DNA of 64,000 nucleotides from the human T2T-CHM13v2.0 reference genome, Homo sapiens. Below the pieces are notes generated by a model. That model had not been told where the DNA came from. It worked only from the letters and a program-made list of their open reading frames with translations, and ran no database searches. The stretch lies in NCBI RefSeq assembly GCF_009914755.1, contig NC_060943.1. One strand, 5' to 3'. Positions 12,701-26,080 of the stretch are shown piece by piece (position 1 is the stretch's first letter; each line of letters opens with the position of its first letter). Both the position numbers and the translations under genes were made by a program.

Positions 12701-15170
12701 GTATTTGGAGGTCTTTGAGGAATTGGGCGTATACGGGATATCTTCACATACAAATTACACAGAAGCATTCTCAGAAACTGCTCTGTGATGTGTGCATTCA
12801 ACTAACAGAGTTGAAACTTTCTTTGGAGAAAGCAGTTCTGAAACAGTCTTTTTGTAGTATCTGCAAGTGGATACTTGGAGCGATTTGAGGCCTATGATGG
12901 AAAAGGAAATATGTTCACTTACAAACTAGACAGAAGCATTCTCAGAAACTGCTTTGTGATGTGTGTGTTCAATTCACAGGGTTGACTCTTTCTTTTGATT
13001 GAGCAGTTTTGAACCACCTGTTTTGTAGAATCTGCTTGTGGATATTTGTAGCTCTTGGAGGAATTCTTTGTAAAAGGGATATCTTCACATACACACTAGT
13101 CAGAAGCATTCTCAGAAACTTCTTTGTGATGTGTGAATTGAACTCACAGAGTTGAACCTTCCTTTTGAGAGAGCCGTTTTGAAACAATCTTTTTGAAGTA
13201 TCTTCAATTGGATGTTTGTAGTGATTTGAGGCCTAAGATGGAATAGGAAATATCTTCACATACAATCTAGACAGAAGCACTCTCAGAAGCTGCTTGGTGA
13301 TGTCTGCATTCAACTCACAGACTTGAACCCTTGTTTTGAAAGAGCAGTGTTGAAACACACATTTTGTACGATCTGCAAGTGTTCATTTGGAACGCTGTTG
13401 TGCCTATGGTGGATAAAGAAATATCTTCACATAAATACTAGAAAGTAGCATTCTCAGAAACTGCTTTGTGATGTGTGCATTCAACTCACAGAGTTGCACC
13501 TTCCTTTTGAGAGAGAGGTTTTGAAACAGTCTTTTTGTAGTATCTGCAAGTGGATATTTTTAGTGATTTGAGGTCTAAGATGGAAAAGGAAATACCTTCA
13601 CCTACAAACTAGACAGAAGCATTCTCAGAAACTGCTTTGTGATGTGTGCATTAAACTTACAGACTTGAAACTTTATTTTGATAGAGCAGTGTTGAAACAC
13701 ACTTTTTATAGAATCTGCAAGTGTTCATTTGGAGAGCTTTGTTGCCTGTGGTGGAAAAAGGAATATGTTCACCTAGAAACTAGAAAGAAGCCTTCTCAGA
13801 AACTCCTTTGAGATGTTTGTGTCCAATTCACAAAGTTGAACCTTTCTTTTGATAGAGCAGATTTGAAACACTGCTTTTGTAGAATCTGCTTGCGGATATT
13901 TGGCGGTCTTTTAGGAATTGGGCGTATACGGGAGATCTTCACATACAAGTTACACAGAAGCATTCTCAGAAACTGCTTTGTGATGTGTGCATTCAACTCA
14001 CAGAGTTGAAACTTTCTTTTGAGAAAGCAGTTTTGAAACAGTCTTTTTGTAGTATCTGCAAGTGGATATTTGGAGCGATTTGAGGCCTATGATGGAAAAG
14101 GAAATATGTTCACATACAAACTAGACAGAAGCGTTCTGAGAAACTGCTTTGTGATGTGTGCATTCACCTCACAGAGTGGAACCTTTCTTTGGATAGAGCA
14201 GTTTTGAAACAGTCTTTCTCTAGTATCTGCAAGTGTTCATTTTGAGCGCTTTGAGGCCCATGATGGAAAAGGAAATATTTTCACATAAAAACTAGACAGA
14301 AGCTTTCTCAGGAACTTCATTGAGATGTGTGCATTAAAGTAACTGAGTTGAATACGTCTTTTGATAGAGCAGTATTGAAACACTTCTTTTGTAGAATCTG
14401 CCTGTGGATATCTGGAACTCTTTGAAGAATTCTTTGGAAACGGCTATCTTCACATAAAAAGTAGACCCAAGCATTCACAGAACGTTCTTTGTGACATGTA
14501 CATTGGACTCCCAGACTTGAAACTTTCTTTTGATAGAGCAGTGTTGGAACACACTTTTTGTAGAATCTTCATGTGTTCGTTTGGAGTGCTCTGTTGCCTA
14601 TGGTGGAAAAAGGAATATCTTCACCTAAAAACCAGACAGAAGCATTCTCAGAGACTGCTTTGTGATGTGTGTGTTCAATTCGCAGAGTTGAAAGTTGCTT
14701 TGGATAGAGCAGTTTTGAAACACTGCTTTTGTAGAATCTGCTTGTTGCTATTGGGGGCTCTTTGAGGAATTTGTTGTAAACGGGATATCTTCACATACAA
14801 AGTAGACAGAAGCATTCTCAGAAACTGCTCTGTGATGTGTGCATTCAACTCACAGAGTTGAACCTTCCTTTTGCGAGAGCTGTTTTGAAGCAGTCTTTTT
14901 GTGGTATCTGCAATTGGATATTTGGATCGATTTGAGGCCTAAGATGGAAAAGGAAATATCTTCACATACAAACTAGACAGAAGCATTCTCAGACACTGCG
15001 TTGTGATGTGTGCATTCAACTCACAGAGTTGAACCTTCCTTTTGAGAGCAGTTTTGAAACAGTCTTTTTGAAGTATCTGCAAGTGGATGTTTGGAGAGAT
15101 TTGAGGCCTAAGATGGAAAAGGATATATCTTCACCTAAAAACTAGGCAGAAGCATTCTCAGAAACTGCTT
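9716..15170 (+). repeat. HOR copy 3: canonical 32-mer, 5455 bp
   Basis: Anchor spacing 9722 to 15177 = 5455. Confidence 0.97.
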
Positions 15171-18100
15171 TGTGATGTGGGGATTCAACTCACAGGCTTG
15201 AAACTTTCTTTTGATAGAGCAGGGTTCAAACACACTTTTTGTAGAATCTGCAAGTGTTCATTTGGAGTGCTTTCTTGCCCATGGTGGAAAAAGAAATATC
15301 TTCACGTAAAAACTAGACAGAAACATTCTCAGAAAATACTTTGTGATGTGGTTGTTCAATTCACAGGGTTGAACCTTTCTTTAGATAAAGCAGTTTTGAA
15401 ACACTGCTTTTGTAGAATCTTCTTGTGGATATTTGGAGCTGTTTGAGGAATTCGTTTTAAACGGGATATCTTCACATTCAAACTAGTCAGAAGCATTCTC
15501 AGAAACTGGTTTGTGATGTGTGCATTCTACTCACAGAGTTGAACCTTCCTTTTGAGAGAGCAGTTTTGAAACAATCTTTTTGTATTCTCTACAAGTGGAT
15601 ACTTGGAGCAATGGGAGGACTAAGATTGAAAAGGAAATATCTTCACGGCCAAACTTGACAGAAGCTTTCTCAGAATCTGCTTTGTGATGTGTGCATTTAC
15701 CTCACAGAGTGGAACCGTCCTTTTGATAGAGCAGTTCTGAAACAGTCTTTTTGTAGGATCTGCGAGTGTTCATTTTGGAGCGCTTTTAAGCCTTTGGCGG
15801 AAAAGGAAATATCTTCACAAAAAAACTAGACAGAGGCATGCTCAGGAACTTCACTGAGATGTGTGCATTCAAGTAACTGAGTTGAATCTGCCTTTTGATA
15901 GAGCAGAATTGAAACACTCCTTTTGTAGAATCTGCTTGTGGATATTTGGAACTCTTTCAGGAGTTCGTTGGCAGCTGGTATCTTCACAAAAAAAGGAGAC
16001 CCAAGGATTCTCAAAAAGTTCCTTGAGATGTGTGCCTTAAACTCACAGACTTCAAACTTTCTTTTGAGAGATCAGTGTTGGAACACGCTTTTTGTAGAAT
16101 CTGCAAGTGTTCATTTAGTGCGCTTTGTTGCCTATGGTGGAAAAAGAAATATCTTCAAATGAAAACTAGACAGAAACATTCTCAGAAACTCCTTTGTGAA
16201 GTGTGTGTCAAATTCACAGAATTGAAATATTCCTTTGATAGCGCAGCTTTGAAACACCGCTTTTATAGGATCTGCTTGTGGATATCTGGAGCTCTTTGAG
16301 GAATTTGTTGTAAACGGGATATCTTCACATACAAAGTAGACAGAAGCATTCTCAGAAACTGCTTTGTGATGTGTGCATTCCAATCACAGACTTCAACCTT
16401 TCTTTTGAAAGAGCAGTGTTCAAACACACATTTTGTAGGATGTGCAAGTGTTCACTTGGAGCGCTTTTTTGCCTATGGTGGAAAAAGAAATATCTTCACA
16501 TAAATACTAGACAGAAGCATTCTCAGAAACGCCTTAGTGATGTGTTTGTTCTATTCAGAGAGTTGAACCTTTCTTTTGATAGAGCAGTTTTGATACACTG
16601 CTTCTGTAGAATCTGCTTGTGGATATTTGGAGCTCTTTGAGGAATTCGTTGTAAACGGGATATCTTCACATACAAACTAGACAGAAGCATTCTCAGAAAC
16701 TGCTTTGTGGTGTGTGCATTCAACTCACAGAGTTGAACCTTCCTTCTGAGAGAGCAGTTTTTAAACAGTCTCTTTGAAATATCTGCAAGTGGATATTTGG
16801 AGCGATGGGAAGTCTAAGTTTGAAAAGGAAATATCCTCACATACAAACTAGACAGAAGCAATCTCATTAACTGCTTTGCGATGTGTGCATTCAGCTCACA
16901 GAGTTGAACCTTCCTTTTGAGAGAGCAGTTTTGAAACAGTTTTTTGTAGTATCCTCAAGTGGATATATGGAGCGATGTGAGGCTTAAGATGGAAACGGGA
17001 ATATCTTCACATGCAAACTAGAAAGAAGCATTCTCAGAAACTGCTTTGTGATGGGTGCATTCAACTCAGAGACTTGAACATTTCTTTAGACGGAGCAGTG
17101 TTGAAACACACATATGCAGAATCTGCAAGAGTTCATTTGGAGCGCTTTGATGCCTATGGTGGAAAAAGAAATATCTTCACATAAAGACTAGAAAGAAGCG
17201 TTCTCCGAAACTCCTTTGTGATATATGTGTTCAGTTCACAGAGTTGAACCTTTCTTTTGATTGAGCAGTTTTGAAACACTGCTTTTCTAGAATCTGCTTT
17301 TGGATATTTGAAGCTCTTTGACGAATTCGCTGTCAATGTTATATCTTCACATACAAACTAGACAGAAGCATTCTCAGAAACTGCTTTTTGATGTGTGCAT
17401 TCAACACACGGAGTTGAACCTTCCTTCTGAGAACAGTTTTGAAGCAGTCTTTTTGTGGTATCTGCAAGTCGATATTTGGAACGATTTGGGACCTATGAGG
17501 GAAAAGGAACTATCTTCACATACAAGCTAGACAGAAGCATTCTCAGAAACTGCTTTGTGATGTGTGCATTCAACACACGGAGTTGAACCTTCCTTCTGAG
17601 AGAACGGTTTTCAAACAGTCTTTTTGTAGTATCTGCAAGTCGATATTTGGAACGATTTGAGGCCTATGAGGGAAAAGGAACTATCTTCACATACAAACTA
17701 GACAGAAGCATGCTCAGAAACTGCTGTGTGATGTGTGCATTCAACTCACAGAGTTGAACCTTCCTTTTGAGAGAGACGTTTTGAAACAGTCTTTTTGTAG
17801 TATGTACAGGTGGATATTTTTGGTGATTTGAGGTCTAAGATGGAAAAGGAAATACCTTCACCTACAAACTAGACAGAAGCATTCTCAGAAACTGCTTTGT
17901 GATGTGTGCATTAAACTTACAGACTTGAAACCTTATTTTGATAGAGCAGTGTTGAAACACACTTTTTATAGAATCTGCAAGTGTTCATTTGGAGAGCTTT
18001 GTTGCCTGTGGTGGAAAAAGAAATGTGTTCACATACAAACTAGAAAGAAGCCTTCTCAGAAACTCCTTTGAGATGTTTGTGTCCAATTCACAAAGTTGAA

Positions 18101-20625
18101 CCTTTCTTTTGATAGAGCAGATTTGAAACACTGCTTTTGTAGAATCTGCTTGCATGTATTTGGAGGTCTTTGAGGAATTGGGCGTATACGGGATATCTTC
18201 ACATACAAATTACACAGAAGCATTCTCAGAAACTGCTCTGTGATGTGTGCATTCCTCTCACAGAGTTGAAACTTTCTTTTGAGAAAGCTGTTCTGAAACA
18301 GTCTTTTTGTAGTATCTGCAAGTGGATATTTGGAGCGATTTGAGGCCTATGATGGAAAAGGAAATATGATCACTTACAAACTAGACAGAAGCATTCTCAG
18401 AAACTGCTTTGTGATGTGTGTGTTCAATTCACAGGGTTGACACTTTCTTTTGATTGAGCAGTTTTGAACCACCTGTTTTGTAGAATCTGCTTGTGGATAT
18501 TTGTAGCTCTTGGAGGAATTCTTTGTAAAAGGGATATCTTCACATACACACTAGTCAGAAGCATTCTCAGAAACTTCTTTGTGATGTGTGAATTGAACTC
18601 ACAGAGTTGAACCTTCCTTTTGAGAGAGCCGTTTTGAAACAATCTTTTTGAAGTATCTTCAATTGGATGTTTGTAGTGATTTGAGGCCTAAGATGGAATA
18701 GGAAATATCTTCACATACAATCTAGACAGAAGCACTCTCAGAAGCTGCTTGGTGATGTCTGCATTCAACTCACAGACTTGAACCCTTGTTTTGAAAGAGC
18801 AGTGTTGAAACACACATTTTGTACGATCTGCAAGTGTTCATTTGGAACGCTGTTGTGCCTATGGTGGATAAAGAAATATCTTCACATAAATACTAGAAAG
18901 TAGCATTCTCAGAAACTGCTTTGTGATGTGTGCATTCAACTCACAGAGTTGCACCTTCCTTTTGAGAGAGAGGTTTTGAAACAGTCTTTTTGTAGTATCT
19001 GCAAGTGGATATTTTTAGTGATTTGAGGTCTAAGATGGAAAAGGAAATACCTTCACCTACAAACTAGACAGAAGCATTCTCAGAAACTGCTTTGTGATGT
19101 GTGCATTAAACTTACAGACTTGAAACTTTATTTTGATAGAGCAGTGTTGAAACACACTTTTTATAGAATCTGCAAGTGTTCCTTTGGAGAGCTTTGTTGC
19201 CTGTGGTGGAAAAAGGAATATGTTCACCTAGAAACTAGAAAGAAGCCTTCTCAGAAACTCCTTTGAGATGTTTGTGTCCAATTCACAAAGTTGAACCTTT
19301 CTTTTGATAGAGCAGATTTGAAACACTGCTTTTGTAGAATCTGCTTGCGGATATTTGGCGGTCTTTTAGGAATTGGGCGTATACGGGAGATCTTCACATA
19401 CAAGTTACACAGAAGCATTCTCAGAAACTGCTTTGTGATGTGTGCATTCAACTCACAGAGTTGAAACTTTCTTTTGAGAAAGCAGTTTTGAAACAGTCTT
19501 TTTGTAGTATCTGCAAGTGGATATTTGGAGCGATTTGAGGCCTATGATGGAAAAGGAAATATGTTCACATACAAACTAGACAGAAGCGTTCTGAGAAACT
19601 GCTTTGTGATGTGTGCATTCACCTCACAGAGTGGAACCTTTCTTTGGATAGAGCAGTTTTGAAACAGTCTTTCTCTAGTATCTGCAAGTGTTCATTTTGA
19701 GCGCTTTGAGGCCCATGATGGAAAAGGAAATATTTTCACATAAAAACTAGACAGAAGCTTTCTCAGGAACTTCATTGAGATGTGTGCATTAAAGTAACTG
19801 AGTTGAATACGTCTTTTGATAGAGCAGTATTGAAACACTTCTTTTGTAGAATCTGCCTGTGGATATCTGGAACTCTTTGAAGAATTCTTTGGAAACGGCT
19901 ATCTTCACATAAAAAGTAGACCCAAGCATTCACAGAACGTTCTTTGTGACATGTACATTGGACTCCCAGACTTGAAACTTTCTTTTGATAGAGCAGTGTT
20001 GGAACACACTTTTTGTAGAATCTTCATGTGTTCGTTTGGAGTGCTCTGTTGCCTATGGTGGAAAAAGGAATATCTTCACCTAAAAACCAGACAGAAGCAT
20101 TCTCAGAGACTGCTTTGTGATGTGTGTGTTCAATTCGCAGAGTTGAAAGTTGCTTTGGATAGAGCAGTTTTGAAACACTGCTTTTGTAGAATCTGCTTGT
20201 TGCTATTGGGGGCTCTTTGAGGAATTTGTTGTAAACGGGATATCTTCACATACAAAGTAGACAGAAGCATTCTCAGAAACTGCTCTGTGATGTGTGCATT
20301 CAACTCACAGAGTTGAACCTTCCTTTTGCGAGAGCTGTTTTGAAGCAGTCTTTTTGTGGTATCTGCAATTGGATATTTGGATCGATTTGAGGCCTAAGAT
20401 GGAAAAGGAAATATCTTCACATACAAACTAGACAGAAGCATTCTCAGACACTGCGTTGTGATGTGTGCATTCAACTCACAGAGTTGAACCTTCCTTTTGA
20501 GAGCAGTTTTGAAACAGTCTTTTTGAAGTATCTGCAAGTGGATGTTTGGAGAGATTTGAGGCCTAAGATGGAAAAGGATATATCTTCACCTAAAAACTAG
20601 GCAGAAGCATTCTCAGAAACTGCTT
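15171..20625 (+). repeat. HOR copy 4: 32-mer, 5455 bp, with variant m18-m20 haplotype
   Basis: Anchor spacing 5455. ATTCCTCTCA at 18251 versus ATTCAACTAA in copies 2, 3, 5, 6 and 7. Confidence 0.96.
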
Positions 20626-23600
20626 TGTGATGTGGGGATTCAACTCACAGGCTTGAAACTTTCTTTTGATAGAGCAGGGTTCAAACACACTTTTTGTAGA
20701 ATCTGCAAGTGTTCATTTGGAGTGCTTTCTTGCCCATGGTGGAAAAAGAAATATCTTCACGTAAAAACTAGACAGAAACATTCTCAGAAAATACTTTGTG
20801 ATGTGGTTGTTCAATTCACAGGGTTGAACCTTTCTTTAGATAAAGCAGTTTTGAAACACTGCTTTTGTAGAATCTTCTTGTGGATATTTGGAGCTGTTTG
20901 AGGAATTCGTTTTAAACGGGATATCTTCACATTCAAACTAGTCAGAAGCATTCTCAGAAACTGGTTTGTGATGTGTGCATTCTACTCACAGAGTTGAACC
21001 TTCCTTTTGAGAGAGCAGTTTTGAAACAATCTTTTTGTATTCTCTACAAGTGGATACTTGGAGCAATGGGAGGACTAAGATTGAAAAGGAAATATCTTCA
21101 CGGCCAAACTTGACAGAAGCTTTCTCAGAATCTGCTTTGTGATGTGTGCATTTACCTCACAGAGTGGAACCGTCCTTTTGATAGAGCAGTTCTGAAACAG
21201 TCTTTTTGTAGGATCTGCGAGTGTTCATTTTGGAGCGCTTTTAAGCCTTTGGCGGAAAAGGAAATATCTTCACAAAAAAACTAGACAGAGGCATGCTCAG
21301 GAACTTCACTGAGATGTGTGCATTCAAGTAACTGAGTTGAATCTGCCTTTTGATAGAGCAGAATTGAAACACTCCTTTTGTAGAATCTGCTTGTGGATAT
21401 TTGGAACTCTTTCAGGAGTTCGTTGGCAGCTGGTATCTTCACAAAAAAAGGAGACCCAAGGATTCTCAAAAAGTTCCTTGAGATGTGTGCCTTAAACTCA
21501 CAGACTTCAAACTTTCTTTTGAGAGATCAGTGTTGGAACACGCTTTTTGTAGAATCTGCAAGTGTTCATTTAGTGCGCTTTGTTGCCTATGGTGGAAAAA
21601 GAAATATCTTCAAATGAAAACTAGACAGAAACATTCTCAGAAACTCCTTTGTGAAGTGTGTGTCAAATTCACAGAATTGAAATATTCCTTTGATAGCGCA
21701 GCTTTGAAACACCGCTTTTATAGGATCTGCTTGTGGATATCTGGAGCTCTTTGAGGAATTTGTTGTAAACGGGATATCTTCACATACAAAGTAGACAGAA
21801 GCATTCTCAGAAACTGCTTTGTGATGTGTGCATTCCAATCACAGACTTCAACCTTTCTTTTGAAAGAGCAGTGTTCAAACACACATTTTGTAGGATGTGC
21901 AAGTGTTCACTTGGAGCGCTTTTTTGCCTATGGTGGAAAAAGAAATATCTTCACATAAATACTAGACAGAAGCATTCTCAGAAACGCCTTAGTGATGTGT
22001 TTGTTCTATTCAGAGAGTTGAACCTTTCTTTTGATAGAGCAGTTTTGATACACTGCTTCTGTAGAATCTGCTTGTGGATATTTGGAGCTCTTTGAGGAAT
22101 TCGTTGTAAACGGGATATCTTCACATACAAACTAGACAGAAGCATTCTCAGAAACTGCTTTGTGGTGTGTGCATTCAACTCACAGAGTTGAACCTTCCTT
22201 CTGAGAGAGCAGTTTTTAAACAGTCTCTTTGAAATATCTGCAAGTGGATATTTGGAGCGATGGGAAGTCTAAGTTTGAAAAGGAAATATCCTCACATACA
22301 AACTAGACAGAAGCAATCTCATTAACTGCTTTGCGATGTGTGCATTCAGCTCACAGAGTTGAACCTTCCTTTTGAGAGAGCAGTTTTGAAACAGTTTTTT
22401 GTAGTATCCTCAAGTGGATATATGGAGCGATGTGAGGCTTAAGATGGAAACGGGAATATCTTCACATGCAAACTAGAAAGAAGCATTCTCAGAAACTGCT
22501 TTGTGATGGGTGCATTCAACTCAGAGACTTGAACATTTCTTTAGACGGAGCAGTGTTGAAACACACATATGCAGAATCTGCAAGAGTTCATTTGGAGCGC
22601 TTTGATGCCTATGGTGGAAAAAGAAATATCTTCACATAAAGACTAGAAAGAAGCGTTCTCCGAAACTCCTTTGTGATATATGTGTTCAGTTCACAGAGTT
22701 GAACCTTTCTTTTGATTGAGCAGTTTTGAAACACTGCTTTTCTAGAATCTGCTTTTGGATATTTGAAGCTCTTTGACGAATTCGCTGTCAATGTTATATC
22801 TTCACATACAAACTAGACAGAAGCATTCTCAGAAACTGCTTTTTGATGTGTGCATTCAACACACGGAGTTGAACCTTCCTTCTGAGAACAGTTTTGAAGC
22901 AGTCTTTTTGTGGTATCTGCAAGTCGATATTTGGAACGATTTGGGACCTATGAGGGAAAAGGAACTATCTTCACATACAAGCTAGACAGAAGCATTCTCA
23001 GAAACTGCTTTGTGATGTGTGCATTCAACACACGGAGTTGAACCTTCCTTCTGAGAGAACGGTTTTCAAACAGTCTTTTTGTAGTATCTGCAAGTCGATA
23101 TTTGGAACGATTTGAGGCCTATGAGGGAAAAGGAACTATCTTCACATACAAACTAGACAGAAGCATGCTCAGAAACTGCTGTGTGATGTGTGCATTCAAC
23201 TCACAGAGTTGAACCTTCCTTTTGAGAGAGACGTTTTGAAACAGTCTTTTTGTAGTATGTACAGGTGGATATTTTTGGTGATTTGAGGTCTAAGATGGAA
23301 AAGGAAATACCTTCACCTACAAACTAGACAGAAGCATTCTCAGAAACTGCTTTGTGATGTGTGCATTAAACTTACAGACTTGAAACCTTATTTTGATAGA
23401 GCAGTGTTGAAACACACTTTTTATAGAATCTGCAAGTGTTCATTTGGAGAGCTTTGTTGCCTGTGGTGGAAAAAGAAATGTGTTCACATACAAACTAGAA
23501 AGAAGCCTTCTCAGAAACTCCTTTGAGATGTTTGTGTCCAATTCACAAAGTTGAACCTTTCTTTTGATAGAGCAGATTTGAAACACTGCTTTTGTAGAAT

Positions 23601-26080
23601 CTGCTTGCGTGTATTTGGAGGTCTTTGAGGAATTGGGCGTATACGGGATATCTTCACATACAAATTACACAGAAGCATTCTCAGAAACTGCTCTGTGATG
23701 TGTGCATTCAACTAACAGAGTTGAAACTTTCTTTGGAGAAAGCAGTTCTGAAACAGTCTTTTTGTAGTATCTGCAAGTGGATACTTGGAGCGATTTGAGG
23801 CCTATGATGGAAAAGGAAATATGTTCACTTACAAACTAGACAGAAGCATTCTCAGAAACTGCTTTGTGATGTGTGTGTTCAATTCACAGGGTTGACTCTT
23901 TCTTTTGATTGAGCAGTTTTGAACCACCTGTTTTGTAGAATCTGCTTGTGGATATTTGTAGCTCTTGGAGGAATTCTTTGTAAAAGGGATATCTTCACAT
24001 ACACACTAGTCAGAAGCATTCTCAGAAACTTCTTTGTGATGTGTGAATTGAACTCACAGAGTTGAACCTTCCTTTTGAGAGAGCCGTTTTGAAACAATCT
24101 TTTTGAAGTATCTTCAATTGGATGTTTGTAGTGATTTGAGGCCTAAGATGGAATAGGAAATATCTTCACATACAATCTAGACAGAAGCACTCTCAGAAGC
24201 TGCTTGGTGATGTCTGCATTCAACTCACAGACTTGAACCCTTGTTTTGAAAGAGCAGTGTTGAAACACACATTTTGTACGATCTGCAAGTGTTCATTTGG
24301 AACGCTGTTGTGCCTATGGTGGATAAAGAAATATCTTCACATAAATACTAGAAAGTAGCATTCTCAGAAACTGCTTTGTGATGTGTGCATTCAACTCACA
24401 GAGTTGCACCTTCCTTTTGAGAGAGAGGTTTTGAAACAGTCTTTTTGTAGTATCTGCAAGTGGATATTTTTAGTGATTTGAGGTCTAAGATGGAAAAGGA
24501 AATACCTTCACCTACAAACTAGACAGAAGCATTCTCAGAAACTGCTTTGTGATGTGTGCATTAAACTTACAGACTTGAAACTTTATTTTGATAGAGCAGT
24601 GTTGAAACACACTTTTTATAGAATCTGCAAGTGTTCATTTGGAGAGCTTTGTTGCCTGTGGTGGAAAAAGGAATATGTTCACCTAGAAACTAGAAAGAAG
24701 CCTTCTCAGAAACTCCTTTGAGATGTTTGTGTCCAATTCACAAAGTTGAACCTTTCTTTTGATAGAGCAGATTTGAAACACTGCTTTTGTAGAATCTGCT
24801 TGCGGATATTTGGCGGTCTTTTAGGAATTGGGCGTATACGGGAGATCTTCACATACAAGTTACACAGAAGCATTCTCAGAAACTGCTTTGTGATGTGTGC
24901 ATTCAACTCACAGAGTTGAAACTTTCTTTTGAGAAAGCAGTTTTGAAACAGTCTTTTTGTAGTATCTGCAAGTGGATATTTGGAGCGATTTGAGGCCTAT
25001 GATGGAAAAGGAAATATGTTCACATACAAACTAGACAGAAGCGTTCTGAGAAACTGCTTTGTGATGTGTGCATTCACCTCACAGAGTGGAACCTTTCTTT
25101 GGATAGAGCAGTTTTGAAACAGTCTTTCTCTAGTATCTGCAAGTGTTCATTTTGAGCGCTTTGAGGCCCATGATGGAAAAGGAAATATTTTCACATAAAA
25201 ACTAGACAGAAGCTTTCTCAGGAACTTCATTGAGATGTGTGCATTAAAGTAACTGAGTTGAATACGTCTTTTGATAGAGCAGTATTGAAACACTTCTTTT
25301 GTAGAATCTGCCTGTGGATATCTGGAACTCTTTGAAGAATTCTTTGGAAACGGCTATCTTCACATAAAAAGTAGACCCAAGCATTCACAGAACGTTCTTT
25401 GTGACATGTACATTGGACTCCCAGACTTGAAACTTTCTTTTGATAGAGCAGTGTTGGAACACACTTTTTGTAGAATCTTCATGTGTTCGTTTGGAGTGCT
25501 CTGTTGCCTATGGTGGAAAAAGGAATATCTTCACCTAAAAACCAGACAGAAGCATTCTCAGAGACTGCTTTGTGATGTGTGTGTTCAATTCGCAGAGTTG
25601 AAAGTTGCTTTGGATAGAGCAGTTTTGAAACACTGCTTTTGTAGAATCTGCTTGTTGCTATTGGGGGCTCTTTGAGGAATTTGTTGTAAACGGGATATCT
25701 TCACATACAAAGTAGACAGAAGCATTCTCAGAAACTGCTCTGTGATGTGTGCATTCAACTCACAGAGTTGAACCTTCCTTTTGCGAGAGCTGTTTTGAAG
25801 CAGTCTTTTTGTGGTATCTGCAATTGGATATTTGGATCGATTTGAGGCCTAAGATGGAAAAGGAAATATCTTCACATACAAACTAGACAGAAGCATTCTC
25901 AGACACTGCGTTGTGATGTGTGCATTCAACTCACAGAGTTGAACCTTCCTTTTGAGAGCAGTTTTGAAACAGTCTTTTTGAAGTATCTGCAAGTGGATGT
26001 TTGGAGAGATTTGAGGCCTAAGATGGAAAAGGATATATCTTCACCTAAAAACTAGGCAGAAGCATTCTCAGAAACTGCTT
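20626..26080 (+). repeat. HOR copy 5: canonical 32-mer, 5455 bp
   Basis: Anchor spacing 20632 to 26087 = 5455; ORF translations identical to copy 3. Confidence 0.97.
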